A stretch of 64,000 bases of DNA. Source: an uncultured bacterium. Its GTDB lineage: Bacteria > UBP4 > UBA4092. The stretch is taken from assembly GCA_964644695.1 (NCBI GenBank), contig CAZXWN010000011.1, positions 1 to 64,000 of the forward strand, in the 5' to 3' direction. Position 1 is the first letter of the stretch; the number at the start of each line of letters is the position of its first letter. The translations under genes were made by a program, and so were the position numbers. Positions 50,176-60,990 of this stretch are shown piece by piece. The notes beneath the pieces were generated by a model. The model did no database searches and had not been told where the DNA came from. It was given only the letters and a program-made list of their open reading frames with translations.

Positions 50176-53100
50176 TTAGAACAGTTCTATATCGCCATAA
50201 TATGGATTATCATTGTCACGAAGGAAGTCCAAATCCGTTACGGCTAAAATACTCTGTTGATTATTCGTCGCCATAAACTGGAACTGATGGAATCCGTTCA
50301 TTGCATTACCTGCCGTGTAATGATATCCGTCGGTGATTCGTCCGAATTCCGCAGTAGCAATCAGCTGTCCACCTTTGAAGAAAATATCATAAGACCCTGA
50401 TGACGCAACACCGTAACAACCATTCAGGACCATCGCATCAAATCCCTCAAAAGTACCAGACATCTTCTGCACCAGAGATTTCGCACCCACCTGATATCCA
50501 GCGTGATTAGGAGGCGTATAGATTCCGTCGCCGGAACGGGCGGTCAGTTTACGAATTTCTTTCAAACCCGTCGTGTCCTCACAGAAGTCCAGACGCAGGT
50601 TTCCACTGTCAATAGATAAACCCGTATCCCCTTCTGTGGTGGACCAACCCCAAACCAGCATTTCATAGGAATCAAAAGTGCGGGCCTGGAATTTTGATTC
50701 TTTAGGAATTCGGGTACTCATCAGAGTTGGTTTAGCTTCGAGCACCTGGACATCCCGAACATAAAGATTACCGCTGGTGTTGCTTCCCTTCAGTATTAAC
50801 TGAGGATATCCAATCCCGGTCTCTTGCGCAAAAATAGGAGTTTCAATCACAGTCCAACATGTCGGGACCCCGAACAGAATATTAGCACCCACATCAACAT
50901 GGTCGCTGCCCGGGACAATCCCATTGAGATTGTACAGGTGAGCTTCGATCATATTATTGGGATTGTCGCTGCGGACAGTCATCCGAGCGGTGTACCAGTT
51001 CTGGTTGTTATAAGGAAGCATTCGGCTGAACTGAGGAGTCAGTTTCACAGCCTGTAAGTCAGTATCGAAAGAGAAGGTCAGGACATTATCGAATCCGTCT
51101 ACAGTCTGAAGACTATGAGAAGGGGATTTATAGACATCCGCAATCATTTCAATACCATAATCTTCGAACGGCCCAACAGAGATGGTATTTGGATAAACCC
51201 AGAGACGTTCCACATCCTTATCAACACTGTACGGGGATGAAGTACCTAAGGCGGCTACCACATCAATTGCCGCACATCCGAAATTAAAGGTTGTAGAAGC
51301 AGTCAATCGGATTACAGAATTAGAAACCCAGGTCGCCTGCACCAACGCCTCAGCATCCTGAATCAGAGAATCAGAATAACCAAAGGATGGAGCCAACGCC
51401 TTCCCGGTAGTGTCGTAACAGTAATCCAGGATATTAATATCTACGGTGCCGCCGGGATTAATACCCACAACCGGTAATTTATTCAACCGATATGTGGACA
51501 CTTTAATCCTTGAAAGGCCTTCCCATATTTCCGAACCGTGAATCATACGGAAGATAGCCATTCCATTTGAGGCGGTATTGTTTGATCTCAAGGAAACCGT
51601 ATCACCTGATAATGAGGCAACCGCATTGGGGTTCTGATAAATCTGATAGATCCCCATTCCCTGTTCATCATAATCGGACAAAAGGAATGCCGGAGAGAGA
51701 GATTCATTTTTCAGGAGTTTAATTGCTGGCAGGTTGACCACCATGAAGTCTAATTGAGTAAGGAAGCCATCTGATACGCCGCCATTATAGGTATAATCCC
51801 AGGACGGAGCGAATGCCGGGAAATCAGGGGATTCTGTAACACCCGCGGCAAACGCATTCAAGTAACTATCCACAAACACAGACTTGATATAGTCATTGTT
51901 GCTGCCACCCACGAATGAAGACAATACTAATGAGTCGTTGGCGACATCTATCTTGGATACAAAGCCGTCAAAACCACCATTAATAGTTGTATCAAATCCA
52001 GTGGCTGTCACAGGGAAATCAGCTGAGTTCGTCCATCCCGCCATTACAACATTATCCAAAACATCCATAATGACCGACGACGCCACATCCTCATTGGAAC
52101 CACCCAGGTATGAAGAGTAAACAAGTTGTTTACCTCGACGATCCAGGCAAGTTAAGAAAGCATCACTTGATCCACCGCCGTAAGTGGTTTGTAGAGTTCC
52201 AGAAGAAACGGGGAAGTTAGATGAACCGGTCTGACCGACAATAGTTACCTGCCAGGCATCATCTACGATGATATCGTGGGGAACATCATCGCCATTACCA
52301 CCCAGATATGTAGAATACATCTGCGAAGTAACTTTACCTTTGCGCCAGGCCTTGGTAACGAAACCATCAAGTCCACCGTTATAACTTCGGTCTAAAACAC
52401 CTGCGGTGGTGGGGAAATCAGAAGAACGAGTCACACCCGCCAGATAGAAATTAGCCGTCTTATCCACAATCAAAGCGGTTATGTAATCCTCACCCGAACC
52501 ACCCAGATAGGATGAATGTTCAAGGCTTCCACCGTCATAACTCAGCTTTGTAATAAAACCATCACTGGTTCCACCACAATAGGCAGTAAAAATACTACCC
52601 ACCTGAATTGGGAAGTTCGTAGAACGGGTCATACCGGCAACATAAGCACAATTATGTGTGTCAATATCTAAGGCATACGCCACATCTTCACCGGAGCCGC
52701 CCAGATAAGTGGAATAAGCCATCCCATTGCCATTCCAATTAAGCTTCGTAACAAACACATCAGAAAGCCCACCACTATTGGTTTTCTTATAGGCACCAGC
52801 CGTTACGGGGAAGTCTGTTGAGTCAGTCTTTCCAGCAATATACACATAGTCCGCATCATCTAATTTCAAACCGACACAGACATCGTCACCACTGCCACCC
52901 AAGAAGGTAGAATAGACAAGGCTGCGGCCATTGGATCTGAATTTCATAATGACTACATCATGTCCGCCCCCTGAATAGACAGTATCCAACGCCGGAGACT
53001 GCGTGGGGAAATCGGCTGACAGAGTGTTTCCCGAAACATAAATATAGCCATTACTATCGGCAACCACTCCATTTAAGGAGTCTTCGAGATTGCCTCCCGC

Positions 53101-53895
53101 AAAAGTGGAGAATACCAGGGGGTCAATAACTAAAGGTTTCGTGGCGTCGTAATTATTTATTATGAAAGATACCTGATTATTTTTTGAAAGGATGAATGCC
53201 ACATCCACATTTTTCTTATGACCTTGGATAATCTGCCATGCTTGCGGAGTTTTTTCTTTAATGATTCCTGCGGCGGTGTGAATTTCCAACTCACCATAAG
53301 CATTCACTGTCAGTGACTGAGCACCGGCAATCTGGAATTGAATCACACTGGGGTCAACACCCGGCTGTACATGGAAGTCATACTCTAACTGCTTTTGAGT
53401 GCCCCGACAGACCATATCAATGCCCGGATACATCTGATGATATCTTACAGACTGATATCCTATTTGTCCGGTTTTCCATTGACTGGGGGATGAACCCTTG
53501 AGGTAATTGAATTGGGCGGAAAGGGGATTTTCACCCGTCATGACCACTTTAGTATTTGCACCTACAAAGGTCTTTTCCAGATACACATATTGGTCAGAGA
53601 TAGTTTCTCCTCCACCCTGAGGAGTTTGAAGATTTTCAGAAGATGAGAAGACTCTCACCTGTGTTTTGATTGCACCGGGGACGAGCAGGTGACTCCCCGC
53701 CAAAGTTTGCACTTTGAACCCATCTGCCGCATTGCCATGTCCATCTGTCTGGACAAAATACAAGGGGATGTTCCCACAATCTTTGAGTGCACCTGGAGAA
53801 ATGCCCGATGATGGCCGGCCCCCTGCTATTCCCTGGGAGATCATTAAAAGACATAAAAAAGCTCCCATAATTTTGGGTAGAACTTGAGCAAACAT
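50176..53895 (-). CDS. Large secreted SBBP beta-propeller repeat protein
   Basis: YPGID..LEYDF..PLVIDP N-domain; about 7 YSTYLGG..D...G.T.S.DFP repeats; unknown C-terminal region. Confidence 0.88.
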   Translation of the reverse strand: MFAQVLPKIMGAFLCLLMISQGIAGGRPSSGISPGALKDCGNIPLYFVQTDGHGNAADGFKVQTLAGSHLLVPGAIKTQVRVFSSSENLQTPQGGGETISDQYVYLEKTFVGANTKVVMTGENPLSAQFNYLKGSSPSQWKTGQIGYQSVRYHQMYPGIDMVCRGTQKQLEYDFHVQPGVDPSVIQFQIAGAQSLTVNAYGELEIHTAAGIIKEKTPQAWQIIQGHKKNVDVAFILSKNNQVSFIINNYDATKPLVIDPLVFSTFAGGNLEDSLNGVVADSNGYIYVSGNTLSADFPTQSPALDTVYSGGGHDVVIMKFRSNGRSLVYSTFLGGSGDDVCVGLKLDDADYVYIAGKTDSTDFPVTAGAYKKTNSGGLSDVFVTKLNWNGNGMAYSTYLGGSGEDVAYALDIDTHNCAYVAGMTRSTNFPIQVGSIFTAYCGGTSDGFITKLSYDGGSLEHSSYLGGSGEDYITALIVDKTANFYLAGVTRSSDFPTTAGVLDRSYNGGLDGFVTKAWRKGKVTSQMYSTYLGGNGDDVPHDIIVDDAWQVTIVGQTGSSNFPVSSGTLQTTYGGGSSDAFLTCLDRRGKQLVYSSYLGGSNEDVASSVIMDVLDNVVMAGWTNSADFPVTATGFDTTINGGFDGFVSKIDVANDSLVLSSFVGGSNNDYIKSVFVDSYLNAFAAGVTESPDFPAFAPSWDYTYNGGVSDGFLTQLDFMVVNLPAIKLLKNESLSPAFLLSDYDEQGMGIYQIYQNPNAVASLSGDTVSLRSNNTASNGMAIFRMIHGSEIWEGLSRIKVSTYRLNKLPVVGINPGGTVDINILDYCYDTTGKALAPSFGYSDSLIQDAEALVQATWVSNSVIRLTASTTFNFGCAAIDVVAALGTSSPYSVDKDVERLWVYPNTISVGPFEDYGIEMIADVYKSPSHSLQTVDGFDNVLTFSFDTDLQAVKLTPQFSRMLPYNNQNWYTARMTVRSDNPNNMIEAHLYNLNGIVPGSDHVDVGANILFGVPTCWTVIETPIFAQETGIGYPQLILKGSNTSGNLYVRDVQVLEAKPTLMSTRIPKESKFQARTFDSYEMLVWGWSTTEGDTGLSIDSGNLRLDFCEDTTGLKEIRKLTARSGDGIYTPPNHAGYQVGAKSLVQKMSGTFEGFDAMVLNGCYGVASSGSYDIFFKGGQLIATAEFGRITDGYHYTAGNAMNGFHQFQFMATNNQQSILAVTDLDFLRDNDNPYYGDIELF

Positions 53896-54146
53896 ACTTT
53901 ACCTCCATACAAATTTGTTTGTCTTGATGGTGAAAAAGAATAGTATGGACCCTCCGAGGTCTTTTTTCCCTTAACACCCAGAAAACATCATACATTGACT
54001 GAATCAGAATATCAAGCCGTTAAGTAGTCTATTTGCATAAAAATAAGGCACATTTTTGTAAGGCATTGATTTCTTGTTGCATAGATTCTAAGTTATTTGG
54101 GGATAATCAACAGAGATTTGATATTCCTGATAAAATTAATAGTATT

Positions 54147-55313
54147 ATGCCCTCCGACACAAAAACAAGACACTCTCTTACATTAATGTTGATTGGTACA
54201 TTTTTAGTCAGCCTCTCCACAGCCATGAATGGTGCTTTATATAACAATTTCCTAAAGGTCATGTTGTCGGGGAATTACATGAAAATGGGACAGGTTGAGG
54301 CCGTCAGGGAAACCCCGGGGATATTATCAGCCTTTTTAAGTGGAGTCGGCTCATTTTTACCAGAACCTGTATTAGGCGCCATATCACTCATTGTGATGGG
54401 GCTAGGATTTGCAGGATATTACTGGGCCACATCCTTTACCAGCATTATGGGATGGTCATTTTTCAACAGTCTCGGGATGCATTTATGGATGCCGCTGTCC
54501 GGTGCTTTGGGAATGGGACTTGCGCCTGAGAATCAAAAAGGAACCGTCTTAGGCAGGATTGCCTCCATTGGCGCTGTCGGTACACTGACCGGCTACCTGG
54601 TTGTTGCAGGCTTATCAAGATTGATGCCCGAAGGGGTACAGTCGTTCTACCGTTATTTGTATTTCATTGCCGGATTCATCGCCATCATCGCTGCCATTGT
54701 TATCTTATCCATCAAAGTCAGGCCTCCACTCAAACCAAAACCCAAATTCATCTTCAAGAAAAAGTATGGATTGTATTACCTGTTACAGATATTGGAAGGC
54801 TGCCGAAAACAGGTATTTATTACCTTTGCCACATTCACCCTGGTATTGAACTATAATGCCGGCCCGGGAACAATGGCAGTCCTGCTTTTCATCAATTATC
54901 TGGTTGCTTTTGGGGTTTCGCCTCTATTTGGGAAGTGGATCGACCGATTTGGGGAGAAGAAGGTCCTGACCTGGAACTATCTATTACTCATTATCGTATT
55001 CATCTTATATTCACTCATCCATGTCCGGGAAGTATTGTATGTCCTGTTCTGTATGGACAACATCCTCTTTACTTTCAGTATTGCCCTGACGACCTATGTC
55101 GGCAAAATTGCACCCCAGGAAGAACTGACCGGGACTCTGGCCATGGGAGTCAGTGTCAACCATGTCGCAGCGGTCATTGTTCCATTGGTAGGGTTTGCGG
55201 CCTGGAAACTGTTCGGGTATGAAGTGTGTTTCATGGCAGGCGCACTGGTCGTCATCGGCCAGCTGATTCTGGTTCAAAAAATGAAACTTCCCGAAAACAA
55301 AACCGCCGTATAA
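54147..55313 (+). CDS. MFS transporter
   Basis: About 12 TM; RETPG, GKWIDRFGEK, NHVAAV. Confidence 0.88.
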   Translation: MPSDTKTRHSLTLMLIGTFLVSLSTAMNGALYNNFLKVMLSGNYMKMGQVEAVRETPGILSAFLSGVGSFLPEPVLGAISLIVMGLGFAGYYWATSFTSIMGWSFFNSLGMHLWMPLSGALGMGLAPENQKGTVLGRIASIGAVGTLTGYLVVAGLSRLMPEGVQSFYRYLYFIAGFIAIIAAIVILSIKVRPPLKPKPKFIFKKKYGLYYLLQILEGCRKQVFITFATFTLVLNYNAGPGTMAVLLFINYLVAFGVSPLFGKWIDRFGEKKVLTWNYLLLIIVFILYSLIHVREVLYVLFCMDNILFTFSIALTTYVGKIAPQEELTGTLAMGVSVNHVAAVIVPLVGFAAWKLFGYEVCFMAGALVVIGQLILVQKMKLPENKTAV

Positions 55314-56102
55314 TCAAACCGTTTCAACCGCATGAATAAAGGAAACAGACTTCAGGTCTGTTTCTAATTGCCGGCCTGCATGATTGACCATAATATCCAT
55401 TAATATCTGCGCCTCATTCGGAGCCAGCTTTAAGTCCCGGAAAACCTCAGGGTCATCCCTTAATGCCGCCTGTAAAAACATAACCATCTGTGGCGTCATA
55501 TCGGTAACCGGCTCATCAGGAGCCAACCCTTTCCGGCAGGGAGTACAAATCAATCCTCCCTGTTGTTGGTCAAAGGAAAAAACGGACTGTTCCAAAGTCC
55601 GATGAAGCGGCCGGGGTCTCCTGCAGCGGATACACTCCGTCATCAAGGGTTCAAAACCGGTAATCGCCAGAACTCGGATAAGATGTGCCAGACTGAAGAC
55701 TCGCACCGCCTCAATTGAATATAACTGGTCCAGATATAGATTGATTTGGTCATAGAGTTCAGGATGGGCTTCATGTTCCGCAGAGGATTTCATGACCACT
55801 TCCATCAACAGAGAGGCCCAGGCATACTTCACCATATCTATTCTGACAGGATCACGGTTTACCGCAAGGTCCACCCTGATAAGACGGCATAACTGAGTAT
55901 GTTCCCGGGCAAAATATTCTAGTTGAATCGTATTCAGAAATTGACAGGGACCCCCCAACCGGCTAGAAGATTTCCGGCCGGCTTTCACCAGGGCATCCAT
56001 CTTTCCCCGATCCCGGGTAAACAGGGTCAGAATCACATCTGTTTCAGCGAAATCCCGGGCCCGTAATACGACAGCCTCTGTCTTAAATGTTGGCATAATC
56101 AT
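55314..56102 (-). CDS. recO: DNA repair protein RecO
   Basis: EAVVLR..DFAETD.ILTLFT..GK; CxxC...GGLICTPC zinc finger. Confidence 0.92.
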   Translation of the reverse strand: MIMPTFKTEAVVLRARDFAETDVILTLFTRDRGKMDALVKAGRKSSSRLGGPCQFLNTIQLEYFAREHTQLCRLIRVDLAVNRDPVRIDMVKYAWASLLMEVVMKSSAEHEAHPELYDQINLYLDQLYSIEAVRVFSLAHLIRVLAITGFEPLMTECIRCRRPRPLHRTLEQSVFSFDQQQGGLICTPCRKGLAPDEPVTDMTPQMVMFLQAALRDDPEVFRDLKLAPNEAQILMDIMVNHAGRQLETDLKSVSFIHAVETV

Positions 56103-56123
56103 TAGATTATACCGTTGATTACA

Positions 56124-56777
56124 TTACTGTGGGGTAACCGCCTCAACCTGCGGTGGATTATCTTCAATTAAGGTATCAGGTCCTTTTGATGCTGCCCAGA
56201 ACATCAACCCAAAAGCAATATTGTTTATAAAATTAACGAGTATCCCAAAAATTATCAGGCAAAAAGCAATATAAAATACACCTGAAATAATTGAGGTATA
56301 AACCAACAAAGATTTATACCCATACAAGCGTGCTTTGATTTTCTTCAATGAAATCCCCACCATAATCACTATAAAACCCGCTAACAAGCAAGAAATAACA
56401 CTGGTTATCACCTCTGTTCTACTGACATTAGAATCAAAACGATCAAAAAATGGAGTCATTCCAAGATTGATTATATTTAAGACGATAATGGAGTATAACC
56501 AGACATCCAGTTTCCGAAAATCATACTGTCGATGGAAAAACTTAATTGTTAGAAAAGTTATGATAATGCCCAAAATACAGCTTATATACGTGGAAACAGT
56601 AAAAATGTTTGCAACAAGACTCATTACTGAGATTTCACATTTCAATCCAATTAACATCCCATATACAAATTCACTTACACTTTTAAAAAAGTCGAAGAAT
56701 GCAAGGAACAAATAAAGTATTGCTAGTAAGAGATATTGCTTCCGGTTTTCATCGGTCATAATCTGATTCCCCATCAT
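56124..56777 (-). CDS. AT-rich multi-TM hypothetical protein
   Basis: About 5 hydrophobic segments; low GC. Confidence 0.65.
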   Translation of the reverse strand: MMGNQIMTDENRKQYLLLAILYLFLAFFDFFKSVSEFVYGMLIGLKCEISVMSLVANIFTVSTYISCILGIIITFLTIKFFHRQYDFRKLDVWLYSIIVLNIINLGMTPFFDRFDSNVSRTEVITSVISCLLAGFIVIMVGISLKKIKARLYGYKSLLVYTSIISGVFYIAFCLIIFGILVNFINNIAFGLMFWAASKGPDTLIEDNPPQVEAVTPQ

Positions 56778-56850
56778 TAGATTTATGAACTGTATTATAA
56801 GACAAAATAAACCTGTATCAATTATTTTTTCATGTATGGATGCTTTTTCA

Positions 56851-56896
56851 ACGAAGGATCCACGGAGCAGCTCGGAGCAAGTCCGTAGGTTATTCG
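56851..56896 (+). repeat. 46-bp palindromic repeat, copy D
   Basis: ACGAAGGATCCACGGAGCAGCTCGGAGCAAGTCCGTAGGTTATTCG. Confidence 0.8.
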
Positions 56897-56998
56897 ATTA
56901 CAGGGGAGTTATGGAGAGGAAGAAAATCATTACATAAAAGGATATGGAGAAACCTTTATCGGGAATATGAAACAGTTGGGTTGAGGATGAGTCAGAGA

Positions 56999-57439
56999 TT
57001 ATTTTCTGGCGGAAACAGGGATAATCAGAGAGATGGCGATTGAAGAACGAATGGCCAACACACCGCCTCCCCCAATCAAGGTGGCAGCAATCAAAATCAT
57101 CCAGATAATGTGCCACTGGCCAGCCACCAGTAAAAACACTCCGGTTGCCGAGGAAATCAGTGCCATGACCAGTTCCAGTATCCGGTAAACCAGCGCATAT
57201 TTCTTTTTGTTGATAAGAACGACCCATCCACACAGCGAGGCAAGGAATAATCCCGCCAAAGTCATTGTGATAGGGGCTCCCAGGGCTTTCTGGCAAGCTG
57301 GGATAATCATCCAACCCAGAAATACTCCCACCACACCATACAAAGTAAAGGGAGACCTCTTCCATCCTTTGACCAGATAATATGAGCCAACAGATAAAAA
57401 GAGAGCGGATAAAAATTGATTCACGGATGCAAATATCAT
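56999..57439 (-). CDS. Small multi-TM hypothetical protein
   Basis: Mostly hydrophobic, 146 aa. Confidence 0.55.
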   Translation of the reverse strand: MIFASVNQFLSALFLSVGSYYLVKGWKRSPFTLYGVVGVFLGWMIIPACQKALGAPITMTLAGLFLASLCGWVVLINKKKYALVYRILELVMALISSATGVFLLVAGQWHIIWMILIAATLIGGGGVLAIRSSIAISLIIPVSARK

Positions 57440-57580
57440 GTCATTGATTATAACTCAATCCAGGGGGTGTTCAGTATCAGTATGATAAAATGGTAGCAAA
57501 GGCCACGGCGCCTTTTTCTTATATAACCCTGCGCCATTACGGGGTTTCATGTTTCAGACACGATAACGGGAGATACGATT

Positions 57581-58834
57581 ATGAGCCAGAAGTTAAACGC
57601 CCCCCGGGGCACTGTGGATGTATTGCCGCCGGAGTCGGCCCTGTACCAGTTCATTACGGATACAGCCCGGAAAAACTTCAGCAAATTTGGATTTTCAGAA
57701 ATCCAGGTCCCCGTTTTCGAACATACTGAATTATTTGTCCGGGGTGTCGGCGAGACCACGGATGTGGTTACTAAGGAAATGTACACTTTCCAGGACAGGA
57801 AAGGCCGTTCACTGACTCTTCGTCCTGAAGGGACTGCCGGAGTCATGCGGGCTTATCTGGAACATAATATGGGAACCCTGGACCCTGTCCAAAAGCTGTA
57901 TTATATCGGCCCCATGTTTCGTTATGAACGGCCCCAGGCAGGACGACTTCGTCAACACACTCAAGTCGGGTGTGAATGTATCGGTTCTCCCCGACCCGAA
58001 GTAGATGCCGAAATCATCAGCCTGTATTGTTCCTTCATTAAAGATTTAGGATTGTCCAATATCCGGATATTACTCAATACTCTGGGTGATGAGACCTGCC
58101 GGCCCCAATATAAGGCCGCCCTTCAGGAATACCTGAAGGCAAATCTGGAGAACTTATGCCCGGACTGCCAGAGCCGGTTTGAGAAAAACCCGCTCCGTAT
58201 CCTGGATTGTAAGGTAGAGAAATGTAAGGAAATCGCTGGTGGTTCACCTGTGATGCTGGATTTCCTGTCTCCCAGCTGTACCGAACATTTTGATACCGTC
58301 AAAGCCCTGTTAGGTGATTTAGGAATTGACTATGATGTCAATCCGAAACTGGTCCGGGGATTAGATTATTACACTCATACCGTCTTTGAAGTTCAGGTCA
58401 CAGGCCTGGGTGCCCAAAACGCTATCGGTGGCGGTGGCAGATACAACAACTTGATTGAAGAATTGGGTGGACCTTCTGTCCCCTCTATTGGTTTTGGGTC
58501 TGGGGTTGAACGATTAGCCCTGACATTAAAGAGTCATCAAGTGGCACTTCCCGATTTTAATCGGAAATCTACTTTTATCGTTGCTTTAGGTGACCCTGCA
58601 GTCCGAAAAGCCGTTACTATCGCCAATCAATTAAGAACTACGGGAAAATCGGTAGAGTTGGATTATCGGTTCGGTTCCTTCAAGGCTCAATTAAAATATG
58701 CCGACAAACTGGGCTGCCCCCAAGTTCTGATCCTCGGCGAAGATGAGTTAAACAAGGGTATCGCCATCTGCAAAAACATGACCTCCGGTGAACAGGAAGA
58801 GATCCCTTTAGCAGAAATAATGAATCGTTTGTAA
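57581..58834 (+). CDS. hisS: Histidyl-tRNA synthetase
   Basis: LRPEGTA, FRYERPQAGR, LVRGLDYY, GGGRY, GVER. Confidence 0.97.
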   Translation: MSQKLNAPRGTVDVLPPESALYQFITDTARKNFSKFGFSEIQVPVFEHTELFVRGVGETTDVVTKEMYTFQDRKGRSLTLRPEGTAGVMRAYLEHNMGTLDPVQKLYYIGPMFRYERPQAGRLRQHTQVGCECIGSPRPEVDAEIISLYCSFIKDLGLSNIRILLNTLGDETCRPQYKAALQEYLKANLENLCPDCQSRFEKNPLRILDCKVEKCKEIAGGSPVMLDFLSPSCTEHFDTVKALLGDLGIDYDVNPKLVRGLDYYTHTVFEVQVTGLGAQNAIGGGGRYNNLIEELGGPSVPSIGFGSGVERLALTLKSHQVALPDFNRKSTFIVALGDPAVRKAVTIANQLRTTGKSVELDYRFGSFKAQLKYADKLGCPQVLILGEDELNKGIAICKNMTSGEQEEIPLAEIMNRL

Positions 58835-58908
58835 ACCAGAAACGACAAAGCCGTGTTTTAATATATGGAGACACGGCTTTTTATTTTGATGGAATAATGG
58901 GGTAATGT

Positions 58909-59616
58909 ATGAAGCGACCTGTCAGTCCCTGGCCAGCAATCATCGTCATCGTGGTTGTGATGATGGGTTTGGTTTCACTGGTGTTGTATCAAGGCATTCA
59001 ATCTCGGAGAAAGACCGTTACACCCGTCTCTCCAGCAAAATCCTACAACAGGGAACTGGTTCTGAATCAAAGCCTGTTTTACGATGACAAAACGATTCGA
59101 GTTCATTGGCCAGACCGCCGCAAAACCCTCACCGGTAAAGAAGGAGATACATTCCCCTCACGGCCTGTTATCTCACCGAATGGCTTCAAACTGGCGTACA
59201 TCTCACCTTATGAGTTTGAATTGATTGGGGATGTTTTTGTCTATGATGCCATGACCAACCAGCAGAAGAATCTCTCCATTCCTGAACAGCTGCCCAACCA
59301 ACATTCTCCCAAGAAACTTTACTGGTTCAACGACCATATCCTGTTAATGATTGCCGGATTCGGGTATGGCACTGTCAGTCCGGGTGGGGAGATATACGCC
59401 TATGATTTGGACACGCGAAGATTTTTCCCCATTATTAAAAATCCCACAGGGCGGCATCAGTTCGTAGAAATTCAATTACTGGATAAGAGTGTCATCCTGA
59501 AACAAATTCATTTTGACCGGGATTTTCTGGAATACACAACCGGTCATGTTACCTGGAGCCGGGATTCAATCCAGAACCTGCTAACCATAATGGAGAATGG
59601 AACAAGACCCCAGTAA
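58909..59616 (+). CDS. Membrane-anchored hypothetical protein (DUF4652-like)
   Basis: N-terminal TM; SPNG.KLAYISPYEFE, GYGTVSPGG. Confidence 0.6.
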   Translation: MKRPVSPWPAIIVIVVVMMGLVSLVLYQGIQSRRKTVTPVSPAKSYNRELVLNQSLFYDDKTIRVHWPDRRKTLTGKEGDTFPSRPVISPNGFKLAYISPYEFELIGDVFVYDAMTNQQKNLSIPEQLPNQHSPKKLYWFNDHILLMIAGFGYGTVSPGGEIYAYDLDTRRFFPIIKNPTGRHQFVEIQLLDKSVILKQIHFDRDFLEYTTGHVTWSRDSIQNLLTIMENGTRPQ

Positions 59617-59617
59617 T

Positions 59618-60187
59618 TTATTCGGGATTATCCATTACTCTTTCTGATTGCCGTAGAGATTGTTCTGCCGAGTCGATGGATTCCCGCATCCAGGATTGTA
59701 CTTCAAGAGTGGAAAGAGGGATGTCGCCTAATACTTTGCGAATATCCCGGGTATCAAACTCCAGATTATCATCATCCACCTGGTGCCGATACACCACATC
59801 ATAATGCCCCGGTTTCAATAAGGCCGTTGTTATGGCTTCAGCGATATCTCCCAGAGGTGCTCTATCAATATGAGATCTTTTGAATGTCGCAACAACAACC
59901 GTACCTTCGCCAACCTTCGATGAAATCGTTAAATCACCCTCACAATGGCGGGCCGCCGCCGCAAATAAGGGTAACCCCAGCCCCACCTTCCGAGTTGTCC
60001 GAGTCGTTACAAAGGGGTCCAATACATGAGAAACCATTTCTGGAGACATACCACATCCATTGTCTTTGATGGTGATGGTCATCCGGTCCGATTCCCGTTC
60101 TTCTAATACAGTCACCTCAATCAATGAGGCTCCAGCTTTAATGGAGTTTTCCAGTAAATCGAGAATGTGCAGGGATAGTTCTTTCAT
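59618..60187 (-). CDS. HATPase_c kinase-like protein of the DRTGG/PHP cluster
   Basis: MKELSLHILDLLENS, DNGCGM, DPFVTTRTTRKVGLGLP, HIDRAPLGD. Confidence 0.88.
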   Translation of the reverse strand: MKELSLHILDLLENSIKAGASLIEVTVLEERESDRMTITIKDNGCGMSPEMVSHVLDPFVTTRTTRKVGLGLPLFAAAARHCEGDLTISSKVGEGTVVVATFKRSHIDRAPLGDIAEAITTALLKPGHYDVVYRHQVDDDNLEFDTRDIRKVLGDIPLSTLEVQSWMRESIDSAEQSLRQSERVMDNPE

Positions 60188-60204
60188 AGTTTATTTTCTT
60201 TAGT

Positions 60205-60960
60205 TTATGGATTTGTTGTCCAGGGAAGAATGACTTTTCTCCCATCTTCATTTCGAAGCGCTTTCCGGATTTCTTCAATGCCGGGAGACTCTATCATATA
60301 AGACATACGACCTTCGATTTGATGGAGCATGTGGCAATCGCCATTGACCAGCAGGGGCCAATTTTTCAGATCAGGGTATAAGTCATACCCCGGATTCGGG
60401 CTAAACTTTCGATAGACTTCCAGAGCATCCGCCTTAAATCCCGGAGGAATAAATCCCAGGTTCGCCAGTAAACTATAGGAGGGTCGGTCCACATGAGAAG
60501 GGATTGCCAAGCCACCCAGTAAATGAGTTTTATCGATAGCCTCATCCAAAGTCATGTCCGAAGATACCGCCAGCATTTGTGATTCTGACTTAATATAATC
60601 TCCGGTAGAATCCACAATGTATTGCGGACCAAAATGGTCTTCATCATTATCAATCTGGGGAAGCGTCTCATCGACAATGGCCTGCCACTGACGCGCCTGA
60701 TCCATCGTATCGAACAGGCACAGCAAATGAACTTCTTCACGAGTCTGAAGTTCCATCCCGGGTAAAACATGGATCCCCGTTCCCTCCGCAGCCTGAATCA
60801 CAGCGGCAACATTTCGTGTAGAGTTATGGTCTGTTACGGCCAGTAATTGAATCCCCATCTCGACCGCTTTTTCGATAATCAACGGGGGAATCATTTCCAC
60901 TTCAGCACAGGGAGAAAGAACCGTATGCAGATGAAGCTCTGCGCGATATTCAGTCATCAT
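60205..60960 (-). CDS. PHP-domain phosphoesterase
   Basis: LHLHTVLSPC, TDHN, PGMELQTREEVH, SHVDR, DCH. Confidence 0.9.
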   Translation of the reverse strand: MMTEYRAELHLHTVLSPCAEVEMIPPLIIEKAVEMGIQLLAVTDHNSTRNVAAVIQAAEGTGIHVLPGMELQTREEVHLLCLFDTMDQARQWQAIVDETLPQIDNDEDHFGPQYIVDSTGDYIKSESQMLAVSSDMTLDEAIDKTHLLGGLAIPSHVDRPSYSLLANLGFIPPGFKADALEVYRKFSPNPGYDLYPDLKNWPLLVNGDCHMLHQIEGRMSYMIESPGIEEIRKALRNEDGRKVILPWTTNP

Positions 60961-60990
60961 AAGACGGGTCTCCGCTAATCAAGACAATCA

